Origin: a virus | Lineage: Duplodnaviria > Caudoviricetes | Direction: 5' to 3' (one strand) | IMG/VR virus record: IMGVR_UViG_3300032233_001646 | Location: 1-41,020 of that record | Length of the DNA: 41,020 nt | In this document: in pieces, positions 10,431-19,560 of the stretch | Numbering within the stretch: position 1 is the first letter of the stretch | Layout: each line of letters starts with the position of its first letter | The notes under the pieces: generated by a model | Seen by the model: only the letters and a program-made list of their open reading frames with translations | What the model was told of the DNA's origin: nothing | The model's database searches: none | Made by a program: the position numbers and the translations under genes

Positions 10431-11767
10431 TATACCTTATTATTCGTTCCATGTAATCCGAAAGTATCACGAATTAACTTCAATGATGTATAAGATCCAT
10501 CAGTATCAAAGTGATGGCAAAGTTCTTTTATCATATATAGTCCGCTTTGATCCTGATCCACTTCATTCTTATCTCCTCTAGAAATTTTTGGAAGTAAGCA
10601 TTTAATTACATCACCAGCTTTCAGATTTGTATTTGATGGAATAACCATACTTAAGGTTTGAGTAAACAAAAGATTATATCTCATCAAAGCTTGAGATTGA
10701 TATTTAAATGGATCTGAATTTACATCTTTAGAAACTCCCTGCTCCAGTGTTCCAATGTCCAATACCTGACTTAAAAATCTAGTTGGGATATGTCCTAAAT
10801 CTCTTCCATCACTTCCAGAAATCTTTGGAAGAACTAATTCTTGTCCTAAGTTTTTAACTCCACCAGAATAATCATCACTTGTAAATGTTCCTGTTTTGGG
10901 ATCAGTAAATGTAAAATCTAATGGATTATAAAAAACACGATAGCTACAATAGGTTCCAAGCCTAAGTTTCTCAAGTAGATTTTGATTTTTTTCTGTGATG
11001 TAATTCAAAATTACAAAATCATTATCTCTCTCTATTCCTGATTGATTGACTTCAGTGTAAGTATAAGTTGGAACAGAATCAGGAACTGACGAAATTAATT
11101 TATCGATAGATCTGAATTGAAATCCATCTCTGGTTTGAAAGAATACAAATCCTGCAGTTGCATCTCCAGAAGTATCATCCGGAACTGCCTTAGATGCTAA
11201 CCAAACAAGTAGAGTAAATGGTTTTCTCAGATTACCAATAAAACCGTATTTGTTTTGCGTTTTATCAATTGTCCCTACTTTTTCTGCTTTCAGATAATTA
11301 TTCAGAATATCAGTTACGGAAGTATCAATAGTAGAACTGGTTGGATATTTTCTTCCTACCCTGGAAGTTTCATTCGTAATTGCTTCTCTTGAAACTAAAT
11401 GCAATAGAAAACTTTCTCTTTGAGTTTCCGAAATTACATCACTAATACTTGAAACATAAAGGTAATCTTTTGGATTAGATGAAAAATCCAATCCTGGATT
11501 TTTTGCAGAGTTTCCTGCAATTTTAAGAGACAATCTTTCACCACCTCTCAGAGGCAAACCATTATAAATGGATTGTTTCTGTCCGTCAGATTCCTGAGAG
11601 ATTGAATCTCCAGTATTTCCAACTCTTATTTTTGCAGTAATTGTGGGTGAAAAGATATCTTCATAGTAATCAATTGATATGACACCAGATTTAATATCAA
11701 CGGTTCTTTGTTGATCATTAGATTCTAATATAACCTCTTCATATATGGACTTATTAATTGCAGCCAT
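10430..11767 (-). CDS. Baseplate hub protein (gp27-like)
   Basis: IDYYEDIFSPTITA, GFVFFQTRDGFQFRSID, LKAGDVI, SGLYMIKELCHHF motifs; position immediately upstream of gp5. Confidence 0.65.
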   Translation of the reverse strand: MAAINKSIYEEVILESNDQQRTVDIKSGVISIDYYEDIFSPTITAKIRVGNTGDSISQESDGQKQSIYNGLPLRGGERLSLKIAGNSAKNPGLDFSSNPKDYLYVSSISDVISETQRESFLLHLVSREAITNETSRVGRKYPTSSTIDTSVTDILNNYLKAEKVGTIDKTQNKYGFIGNLRKPFTLLVWLASKAVPDDTSGDATAGFVFFQTRDGFQFRSIDKLISSVPDSVPTYTYTEVNQSGIERDNDFVILNYITEKNQNLLEKLRLGTYCSYRVFYNPLDFTFTDPKTGTFTSDDYSGGVKNLGQELVLPKISGSDGRDLGHIPTRFLSQVLDIGTLEQGVSKDVNSDPFKYQSQALMRYNLLFTQTLSMVIPSNTNLKAGDVIKCLLPKISRGDKNEVDQDQSGLYMIKELCHHFDTDGSYTSLKLIRDTFGLHGTNNKV

Positions 11768-13533
11768 TATGTGTACGCTAGATCCAGAAGTAGATTTTGT
11801 TTGATGAAACTATTTAACCCATCAGAAGAAGGAATTAATGTAGGTGCTGATCCACCACCTCTACCACCAGAAGGAGTAGGTTGTTGTGGTTGGCTATTAT
11901 CCATCACAGCTACTGTTGCTCCTCTTCTCTCTGGGGTAATTGCCGCAACATTTACTGCAGAACCTGGAGAAGAAATTTGTGCTTCTGGAGTTCCTAAAAA
12001 TTCTGCTAGTGCTGATCTAACTTTTGCAGATCCTTGATAGTCTTTTGATCCTATAGCACCGGATCCTCCCCATTGATATCCAGGAATATCAAATGCTCTT
12101 CCAGAATAATGAAGAGATCCATTAGCGTGTCCACTACTAACACCAAATTCTGTAACTTTAAATCCCTTAGATTTAAAGAAATTATAAGCTTTCAATGTAG
12201 TTTCTTTATCTTTAAATGCAAGGTGATCATGATAATTTCTTGTTGTACCATGACCAGATTTATCAAATCTACCAATTGAAGTATTTGGATCTCCAGTGAT
12301 GTATTCTGTCACTGGAGATCCTTTTCTCGATATTGGGGAACCAGTAGTGGAATAATTTGGTTGTCCAAATTTTGCTTGTTGTGATGATCCTTGTGTTGCT
12401 TGTGTTTTTCCAGATCTAAATGATTTGATGAAATCATTATGTTTTTTTCTTCTTCCTGTATAGACTCCATGATCTGGATTTTCCCAGTTTCTCATCCAAT
12501 CATCTGCTGCTTCTTCTGGAGATCTAAACTGTTTTCTTAAATATAATGGAGTATTTGGATCACTCTTTATTGCAAAATCAATTTGCCCCTTCCAATTAGT
12601 TCTATAATCAGGAACTGCTCTCAAAAAGGCTGATTTTCTGGATGGGTAAGTATATTGAAATAGTCCAACACCTTGTTTGCTATTACCTTCTTCTTTAGCA
12701 CCTATTGTAAATCCACTCTCTCCTTGAATATTTGCTAAAATACCCAAAGCGTGTGTATCAGAAACTCCCAACTGTTTTAGATAAGAGTAAACTGATTGTG
12801 GACTAACAGTCCCTCCACCACCTCCACCAACAGCGGCACCAGTATCAGAATATTGTGGTTCTCCAAAGTTTGCTCCACCACCAGCAGGAGTACCCGTTGA
12901 TGGAATTTCTTCTTCTCCAGCTCCTTTTCCAAGAGGAGTAGTTAATGATTTAACTCCGTCTTCAAACTGTTTACCCATATCATCAAAATGATTAGTCAAA
13001 TCACCAAAAGCACCCCTAACCTTTCTATCACTATCTAAGAAATCTAATTTAGCAATATTTGATAATACGCTACCAATTATATTTCCAATATCACCAAATA
13101 CATTAAAAATATTTCCAATAAATCCACTTAGTGCTCCAAATAAAGTTTTAATCCTAGTGATTAAATTAGTCGTCATCGTAATAAGTGTAGGCAGATTATA
13201 AAGCAACCAGCCAACAAATAAAGTTCCTACAAAATCTAAAATTCTTCCAAGAAATCCCTTTGAACTATCTACAATTGCAGTTCTTGTTCTTCTAATTGTT
13301 GGTTTAATACCACTCGCTTCTAAAATATCTTGCTGCTCTTTTCTAAGACTATTTTCTCTTCTTCTATTTTGAAGAACTTTTTTACCAGAAATAGCTTGTT
13401 GTTTTACTTTTGTTTTATTAAATAAAATTGATTTTATACCTTGGGCAGATTTTTTAACACTCCCCAATCCAGCTCTTAGAGAATTAAATCCTTTAGTAAT
13501 ATTAATAACCTTAATTGGAGATGAGATAGCCAT
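11767..13533 (-). CDS. Tape-measure/hub-like protein with phage tail lysozyme and M15-like peptidase domains
   Basis: GILANIQGESGF...GVGLFQYT...SPEEAADDWMRNWENP (Phage_lysozyme2-like); SLHYSGRAFD and YHDHLAF zinc-peptidase-like motifs. Confidence 0.7.
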   Translation of the reverse strand: MAISSPIKVINITKGFNSLRAGLGSVKKSAQGIKSILFNKTKVKQQAISGKKVLQNRRRENSLRKEQQDILEASGIKPTIRRTRTAIVDSSKGFLGRILDFVGTLFVGWLLYNLPTLITMTTNLITRIKTLFGALSGFIGNIFNVFGDIGNIIGSVLSNIAKLDFLDSDRKVRGAFGDLTNHFDDMGKQFEDGVKSLTTPLGKGAGEEEIPSTGTPAGGGANFGEPQYSDTGAAVGGGGGGTVSPQSVYSYLKQLGVSDTHALGILANIQGESGFTIGAKEEGNSKQGVGLFQYTYPSRKSAFLRAVPDYRTNWKGQIDFAIKSDPNTPLYLRKQFRSPEEAADDWMRNWENPDHGVYTGRRKKHNDFIKSFRSGKTQATQGSSQQAKFGQPNYSTTGSPISRKGSPVTEYITGDPNTSIGRFDKSGHGTTRNYHDHLAFKDKETTLKAYNFFKSKGFKVTEFGVSSGHANGSLHYSGRAFDIPGYQWGGSGAIGSKDYQGSAKVRSALAEFLGTPEAQISSPGSAVNVAAITPERRGATVAVMDNSQPQQPTPSGGRGGGSAPTLIPSSDGLNSFIKQNLLLDLAYT

Positions 13534-13534
13534 A

Positions 13535-15157
13535 TTACAAGATTACATTATAATTGACTTGTGCATACAAACTATAGAAATTATCAGGATTTGAAGAAGG
13601 AAATAATGGAATATCCGTAGCAGAACCAGATCTTAATGAAGACTGTGGTTTTTGAGAACTTTGTGCCTGGGGAGAATTTAACATTACAACTTGTGGACTT
13701 GGTTCTGTTGGCTGCCCAAGTTTCTCTGTAGATTTTGGCATACCTTGAGTTTGTGCTGGTTGTGGTGCGATTTGTGCTGCTGGGGTTGATTCTGGTTCTC
13801 CAGTACCAGATACTATAAATGCTGTGTTTGTAGATGAGGACTTTGCCGCTGGTGTATTTTGTTGCTTCTTTTTGGGGGGAATTGCTTTATTTTGTGGTGT
13901 TGTTTTTGCTGGTGTTTGCTCCTTTTTTTCTTCTGGATTGTATGTAAATGATTGTGCTGTAGCACCAAGACTTGTAGCTAAAGATACTCCTTGAGCACCA
14001 GGAATTAAACTTAAACCTGCTGCAGCCGCATATAAACCAGCCCCAGTCCAATTACCTCTCATCGCTTCACTAACACCTAATCCAGCATCTACAGCAGTTC
14101 CAATAACTGGAGCTGCTCTAGCAACAAGACTAGCACCTTTTGCTACAGCACCAGTAGCTTCTCCACCAATACCAAGAAATTTGGTAAACAAATTTCCGCC
14201 GCTTGCTCCAGCACTAGCAACTTTAGCTTCTACTCCACCTGCTTTAGTAATAGCCCCAGCAGCTCCTGCTCCAGTCGCAACTGCTTTAGGTGCTGCCTTT
14301 GCACCTAATCCTAATGCCTGTTTTCCTATACCCACCAATCCAGTAAACAATCTACCAATCGTATTTGAGAAAACAAATTTACTAGCTTTGAATGCAAGTC
14401 TGGTTATACTTCCAATTAATGTACTCAGTCCAAATTGAATGAATAATAATGATCCACCAACTACCATTAAGGCTTTGATTACATTATTTTTAATATCTTC
14501 TAACTTCTTCTTATTTCCAGTTGCAAGCGCCTTTAAGGTATCTAATCCTTGCATGGTGAGCCACCCACCAAGCAAAGTCCACATAAAATTCATCAACTTA
14601 TCAAAAATAGAACTGACTTTATTCCCAATTGCTGCGATGGGAGCCATCAGAGCATTTTGAATTTTTTGTTCTAATAGTTTCTCTTTACCCTCCCTTAAAC
14701 CCTGTTCCGCTAATTGCTTTTCATATTCATTTTCTTGACGTACTTTTTGCTGTTCTAATAAAGCATCATTTATAATAGAAACTCTAACAGCCTCAAAGTC
14801 TGCACCCAAACCAATAACAGTTTGAGTTAGGCTATTAATCTGTGCCTGCTGTATTGAAGATACTTGAGCAACTTGTGCTAAGAAATCATCATCTCTTTTT
14901 ATAATAGCATTAATTTGATTTTTTAACGTCTCAATTGCACTTTGATCAGCTTTTACAATCGCCAAGGTTTGAGAATCCACCCCTCCCCTATTCACAGGAA
15001 CGATTGCAGATCCTCCTCCACCTCCAAGAAAAGATGATGCGGACATTTGACTTCTTTTAAAAAGAAGTTTACGGGTTTCAGGCGATAGAATAGATCCGGT
15101 AATTGGATCCTTACCAGTTTGAGCTGCTTGTAGATCTGTATTCGCCTGATCCGCCAT
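13535..15157 (-). CDS. Tape-measure-like (gp29-position) protein
   Basis: Coiled coil, hydrophobic helices and Ala/Gly-rich region; directly downstream of gp26/gp51. Confidence 0.55.
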   Translation of the reverse strand: MADQANTDLQAAQTGKDPITGSILSPETRKLLFKRSQMSASSFLGGGGGSAIVPVNRGGVDSQTLAIVKADQSAIETLKNQINAIIKRDDDFLAQVAQVSSIQQAQINSLTQTVIGLGADFEAVRVSIINDALLEQQKVRQENEYEKQLAEQGLREGKEKLLEQKIQNALMAPIAAIGNKVSSIFDKLMNFMWTLLGGWLTMQGLDTLKALATGNKKKLEDIKNNVIKALMVVGGSLLFIQFGLSTLIGSITRLAFKASKFVFSNTIGRLFTGLVGIGKQALGLGAKAAPKAVATGAGAAGAITKAGGVEAKVASAGASGGNLFTKFLGIGGEATGAVAKGASLVARAAPVIGTAVDAGLGVSEAMRGNWTGAGLYAAAAGLSLIPGAQGVSLATSLGATAQSFTYNPEEKKEQTPAKTTPQNKAIPPKKKQQNTPAAKSSSTNTAFIVSGTGEPESTPAAQIAPQPAQTQGMPKSTEKLGQPTEPSPQVVMLNSPQAQSSQKPQSSLRSGSATDIPLFPSSNPDNFYSLYAQVNYNVIL

Positions 15158-15330
15158 TAGGATTTCTGTTGCTGTTTGAGATTTTCTTCTTCAATATATT
15201 GCTTTAATAGAGTAACATAAATTTCCCTTTCCCAAGGGATCATATTTTCAAGTTCTGTTAATGAATATTTATGATGCTGCATCAGAGCAAAATTAGTTTT
15301 ATAGTATGACGCAAGATCCTCATGCGCCAT
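15157..15330 (-). CDS. gp51: Baseplate hub assembly catalyst gp51 (57 aa, below the ORF-track cutoff)
   Basis: MAHEDLASYYKTNFALMQHHKYSLTELENMIPWEREIYVTLLKQYIEEENLKQQQKS; stop overlaps the next ATG (TAATG). Confidence 0.9.
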   Translation of the reverse strand: MAHEDLASYYKTNFALMQHHKYSLTELENMIPWEREIYVTLLKQYIEEENLKQQQKS

Positions 15331-15332
15331 AC

Positions 15333-16052
15333 CTACACGAAAAAAGCTGCTAATCCCTCCAGAACTACTTCAGATTCAACATTTGTTTTAGGATTCTTAA
15401 TCTTAATCGTATGAGAAAGTTTAGGCATTGTCTCAAAGAACTTTTCAATCTCCTTGAACTGCTTTGAACTTAGTTGCTCAATAAACTCATTTAATTCTTT
15501 CTTTGAGAAATCAGAAGCACTCCAAGATTCTTCTTCATTATACACTTGTTCAACACAGGCACCGATTAAATCAAATGAATCATCAACACTGATATTATCT
15601 TTTCCACCAAAATTATTCTTGATAAATTCAGACATTGAAGGATACTTCATTCTCATTGTTAGATTATCATCCAACTTAATATCTCTTGAGTGTTCTGGAT
15701 TTTCTTGAATTTGAATCTCATCAAGATTGATGCTTACTGGAACTTGAGTTGTTCCATCATCTGGACATGTTACAAGAACATCTACGGATTCCCCTACTGA
15801 TTTTCCACGAATATTCAAGAACAAATATTCAATATCAAAGGTAGAAAGTTCATCAACTTTAATTCCTTTGCTCAAAATACAATTTGAAATCACAGCTTTA
15901 ACAGCATTTCCAATCTGCTTGCTATCTTCACTTTCCATCGCAAGAATTAGAATTTTTTCTTCCTTGACTAGAAAGGGTCTATATCTAATTTCTTTCTTTA
16001 GTGAAGGAATTTCCAACTCATACGTCGGCGTGGCGATCTTTGGTAAAGGCAT
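15333..16052 (-). CDS. gp26: Baseplate hub subunit/chaperone gp26
   Basis: MPLPKIATPTYEL...YRPFLVKEEKIL...FDIEYLFLNIRGKSVGE...LEGLAAFF. Confidence 0.92.
   Translation of the reverse strand: MPLPKIATPTYELEIPSLKKEIRYRPFLVKEEKILILAMESEDSKQIGNAVKAVISNCILSKGIKVDELSTFDIEYLFLNIRGKSVGESVDVLVTCPDDGTTQVPVSINLDEIQIQENPEHSRDIKLDDNLTMRMKYPSMSEFIKNNFGGKDNISVDDSFDLIGACVEQVYNEEESWSASDFSKKELNEFIEQLSSKQFKEIEKFFETMPKLSHTIKIKNPKTNVESEVVLEGLAAFFV
15339..15345 (-). other. Candidate -1 ribosomal frameshift slippery heptamer T TTT TTC
   Basis: Zero frame is GCT TTT TTC GTG TAG; the -1 frame reads TTT TTT CGT GTA GGT ATG, in frame with gp51. Confidence 0.65.
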
Positions 16053-16077
16053 AATGTCCTATAGAATTCAGGTATTT

Positions 16078-16084
16078 TATTTAG
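16078..16084 (-). promoter_or_regulatory. T4-type late promoter (CTAAATA) upstream of gp26
   Basis: Variant of TATAAATA about 25 nt before the ATG. Confidence 0.6.
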
Positions 16085-16091
16085 ATGCGAA

Positions 16092-16952
16092 TTAACCAGT
16101 CAGATATTGTGCAAACTGAGCATTTTCAGTTGTAACTTTACCGTTACTTAAAGTTACTCCTGAAGCATATGCTTGTGAAGTAATTGCATTTGTCTGTTGA
16201 GTTGTTAAATTGCCCAATGATTGTTGGATGTTAGCATTCTGCAATTGTGCTGCTGTAGTTGCATTTGCTCCAGATGCATTATTAGTTGCATCTGAATTTG
16301 GTACATTCTTATTTCCAAGCAATCCTAAGCTAGAAGTATCCCCAACAACATATCTCTCATAATTGAATGAGGCACTAGCCTTCAATATTTGAGATTCATC
16401 ATAAGAAACTGATAATGATGAAAGAGATAATGGGAACATACCATAAAAATTATATTGAACCTCATTCTTATAATCACGATCAAATTTCAAAATCTTGGTT
16501 TGATCGCATTTATAACCACCGCCTCTACCATTTTTATCTGGATATGGATATTTCATACGAAAGAAATATCCATCCCTTGCCTGCGATACATTAGATCCGC
16601 TAGAAATATATTCAATCCAATACTCTAAAAATTTCAATACTTTATACTCACTATCAATCAGGAATTCTAATTGTATCTCAGTAAAAATTCTTGTATGGGC
16701 AAACTTTTCAATCACACCACTAAAGTTTCCATTAATCTGTGCAGTATCATGAGTACTTCCTGGTAATGAAGCACTTGAGCACAAAAGTCCAACGCTTTCT
16801 GCGATGAAGCGAGGATCAACTCCTTTTTGAGAAAGATAAAATTGAAGATCTGGAGATAATCCGCCAAAAATAACTTGATAATGTGATGTTTGCGCTAAAT
16901 TAGTAAATAGCGGTTTAATATCAGATATTTTTCTTGGTTGGGCAATAGACAC
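16092..16952 (-). CDS. Tail tube-like protein (gp54/gp19 family)
   Basis: GTG start; LLCSSASLPG...FAHTRIF...FYGMFPLS...SASFNYERY resembles the tube fold; located next to gp26. Confidence 0.6.
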   Translation of the reverse strand: MSIAQPRKISDIKPLFTNLAQTSHYQVIFGGLSPDLQFYLSQKGVDPRFIAESVGLLCSSASLPGSTHDTAQINGNFSGVIEKFAHTRIFTEIQLEFLIDSEYKVLKFLEYWIEYISSGSNVSQARDGYFFRMKYPYPDKNGRGGGYKCDQTKILKFDRDYKNEVQYNFYGMFPLSLSSLSVSYDESQILKASASFNYERYVVGDTSSLGLLGNKNVPNSDATNNASGANATTAAQLQNANIQQSLGNLTTQQTNAITSQAYASGVTLSNGKVTTENAQFAQYLTG

Positions 16953-16953
16953 T

Positions 16954-16960
16954 CTAAATA
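16954..16960 (+). promoter_or_regulatory. Late promoter CTAAATA for the gp4 operon
   Basis: ctaaata about 33 nt before the gp4 ATG. Confidence 0.6.
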
Positions 16961-16986
16961 CCTATTATTGGATCTTTTTCTATAGA

Positions 16987-16993
16987 TATTTAG
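16987..16993 (-). promoter_or_regulatory. Late promoter CTAAATA for the tube-like gene
   Basis: tatttag on the plus strand, about 35 nt before the GTG at 16952. Confidence 0.6.
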
Positions 16994-17431
16994 ATGTCGT
17001 ATAAGGGAAAATTTAAACCATCAAATCCAAGTAAATATAAAGGTGATCCTACAGGAATCGTCTATCGTTCCTTGTGGGAATTGAAGTTCATGAAATATTG
17101 TGATTTGAATCAAAACATTCTTGAGTGGGGTAGTGAGGAAATTGCCCTACCTTATCTTTCCCCATTAGACAATAGAATTCACAGATACTTTCCAGATTTT
17201 TATATTAAAGTTAAAGAGAGTAATGGACAGACTAAGAAATATATGATTGAAGTTAAACCAAAGAAGCAGACAATAGAACCAATACCACAAAAGAAAAAGA
17301 CAAAGGGATATATTTACGAAGTTATGGAGTATGCAAAAAATCAGGCAAAGTGGAAGGCAGCAAAAGAATTTTGCGAAGATCGTCAGTGGATCTTCAAGGT
17401 AATCACCGAAGATGAATTGGGAATTAAATAA
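16994..17431 (+). CDS. gp4: Head completion nuclease gp4
   Basis: YKGKFKPSNPSKYKGDPT.IVYRSLWELKFM...HRYFPDF...IEVKP...NQAKWKAA. Confidence 0.93.
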   Translation: MSYKGKFKPSNPSKYKGDPTGIVYRSLWELKFMKYCDLNQNILEWGSEEIALPYLSPLDNRIHRYFPDFYIKVKESNGQTKKYMIEVKPKKQTIEPIPQKKKTKGYIYEVMEYAKNQAKWKAAKEFCEDRQWIFKVITEDELGIK

Positions 17432-17967
17432 TGGCTCTTACAGGATTTGAAAAACCATTAGAACAATATAATAGAGACGACATTCGTAAGATTGCGGTAC
17501 TCTACGGAATTCCATTAAGCAGTATTATTAGCCAAAAACTTACCAAGGCACAAGTAATTGATGCTATTCGCAATAATGCAAAGTATCAGCAACAACAAAG
17601 AAGACCTTCTGATGATAAGAGTAATCGTATTCGTCCAATTCTAAATCGTTTAATTGGACTTGAAAAACCTGATGATTTGATGATGGAAATACTTCAGGCA
17701 TTAACAATCACTGATATGATTCCTAGCCCAGGAAAAATTTATACCTTTGTATATACCGCCAAAACTCCTTATATTGAATACGATAGTCACCCATTAGTTG
17801 CAGTTACAAGTGTTTACCGATGGGGATTTAGTGGAGTTAATTTTCATTGGAAGCAATCAAGGAATTATGCATGGGAAGAAATTGTTGGATCACTACATTT
17901 AGTTCGTGCCGAAGAACTTAAGGATTTAAGAGAAATCCCTTATGGGAAAATCCTTCTAAATAGTTAG
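17431..17967 (+). CDS. DNA end protector gp2-like (short form)
   Basis: PGKIYTFVYTAKT...YDSHPLV...GFSGVNFHW; adjacent to gp4. Confidence 0.65.
   Translation: MALTGFEKPLEQYNRDDIRKIAVLYGIPLSSIISQKLTKAQVIDAIRNNAKYQQQQRRPSDDKSNRIRPILNRLIGLEKPDDLMMEILQALTITDMIPSPGKIYTFVYTAKTPYIEYDSHPLVAVTSVYRWGFSGVNFHWKQSRNYAWEEIVGSLHLVRAEELKDLREIPYGKILLNS
17956..17962 (+). promoter_or_regulatory. Late promoter CTAAATA upstream of gp48
   Basis: ctaaata 14 nt before the ATG at 17977. Confidence 0.55.
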
Positions 17968-17976
17968 AAAACAATA

Positions 17977-18879
17977 ATGGCTGCAGCACTCAGATATCCA
18001 CTAAAAAGAATTGATGAGTCTGATGATTATTTGTCGATTCAAATACTTGAGTATATTGCTCCAGGATTTGGTGGGATTGATGAAAAGTTACAAGTTGAAA
18101 CATCTTCTGCTTTACAGTATCAAAATAAACAAGTACTCCAAACAATTTTATTGCCCATGCCTCAAGGGCTTAGTGATCAAAGTAGTGTTGGGTGGGGAGA
18201 TGATAGTTTAAATACTGCAGAAGCTTTTGGTGCCGCAAAAATATCTGGAGTGTTAGGTAGTGAAGATGCTCTTAAAGGAGGATATGATGCGATAAAAAGT
18301 AGTGTTACTGCTTTAACAAATGCTTCTAAAACAGGTGCAGCACAAAAAGCAGTTCAATCTTATTTTAGTTCTAACTTAGTCAATTCTTTAGGTGGAAATA
18401 CTTCCGCTTCAGGATTACTTTCAAGAGCTACTGGACAAGTATTAAATCCTCACATGGAATTGCTCTTTAAGAGTGTGAGTTTAAGAAGTTTTACTTTTAG
18501 CTTTGATTTTGCCCCAAGAGATGCTGATGAAGCTTTACAAGTCAAGCAAATTATTAGATCTTTTAAGCAGCAAATGTCTCCAAAAAATCAAGCACAGAAT
18601 GGAAGTCCTAATGGAGGAGCTGGTGGAATTTTTATTACATCCCCATCAGTATTCTTTCTGGAATATAGAACAGGAAGTAAAAAACACCCATTCTTAAATA
18701 GCTTCAAACCGATGGCGTTAACTAATATGTCGGTTAATTATGCTGCTTCTGGTGCCTATGCAACTTATGAAGATGCGACACCAGTTCATTTACAGATGAC
18801 TATAGGATTCCAGGAACTAAATCCAATTTACAATGAAGATTATGATGATATCTCATTAGACAATGGAGTTGGATACTAA
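17977..18879 (+). CDS. gp48: Baseplate tail-tube cap gp48
   Basis: NPHMELLFKSVSLRSFTFSFDFAPR...IIRSFK...LTNMSVNY...FQELNPI. Confidence 0.88.
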   Translation: MAAALRYPLKRIDESDDYLSIQILEYIAPGFGGIDEKLQVETSSALQYQNKQVLQTILLPMPQGLSDQSSVGWGDDSLNTAEAFGAAKISGVLGSEDALKGGYDAIKSSVTALTNASKTGAAQKAVQSYFSSNLVNSLGGNTSASGLLSRATGQVLNPHMELLFKSVSLRSFTFSFDFAPRDADEALQVKQIIRSFKQQMSPKNQAQNGSPNGGAGGIFITSPSVFFLEYRTGSKKHPFLNSFKPMALTNMSVNYAASGAYATYEDATPVHLQMTIGFQELNPIYNEDYDDISLDNGVGY

Positions 18880-19532
18880 TGAGCTACTTCAGAGAACTAC
18901 CAAATTTAGAATATCAATCACCCTTTGTAACGAGAGTATCTTCTCAACAATATACTCTTGCAAAAAATTTATTTCGTCGTGTAAAACTCCGTGAAGATTT
19001 GCAGAATGTATTTACAATTTTTGACAAGTATCAAATTCAAGATGGTGATAGACCTGATACTATTGCAGAAAAACTTTATGGTAAAACGGATTTAGATTGG
19101 GTGGTATTATTGAGTGCCGGAATTGTTCATGTAAGAGATCAATGGCCTTTGTCCGATTATCAGATTTATAATTATGCTGAAAATAAGTATGGAAATGATA
19201 TCAATGCGGTACATCATTATGAAACTACACAGGTTCTTGATAGTCAAGGAAGATTAGTACTTCCTGCTGAGAAAATAGTGAGTTCAAATTTCTCAATTCA
19301 AAATCCCCTTAATGCAGCACAGCAAATATATCCGATTGCTGGAGTCACAAATTATGAATATGAGGTAAAGAAAAATGAAGCAAAGAGAGGAATTTATGTT
19401 TTGAAGAATGCATACCTACAGCAATATCTAAATGATATGAGAAGCATCATGACTTATAATAATAAGAAATCATCGCAGTTTGTAGATCGTAAACTCATTC
19501 GCACAGAGAATACTCGCAATACGATGCCATAA
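18879..19532 (+). CDS. gp53: Baseplate wedge subunit gp53
   Basis: MSYFRELPNLEY...GDRPDTIAEKLYG...DWVVLL...QWPL...HHYET. Confidence 0.9.
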   Translation: MSYFRELPNLEYQSPFVTRVSSQQYTLAKNLFRRVKLREDLQNVFTIFDKYQIQDGDRPDTIAEKLYGKTDLDWVVLLSAGIVHVRDQWPLSDYQIYNYAENKYGNDINAVHHYETTQVLDSQGRLVLPAEKIVSSNFSIQNPLNAAQQIYPIAGVTNYEYEVKKNEAKRGIYVLKNAYLQQYLNDMRSIMTYNNKKSSQFVDRKLIRTENTRNTMP

Positions 19533-19560
19533 AAAAGGGGGCGTAAGCCCCCAATTTTTT
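19531..19560. terminator. Bidirectional intrinsic terminator
   Basis: AAAAAA GGGGGC GTAA GCCCCC AATTTTTT between convergent gp53 and gp32. Confidence 0.85.
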
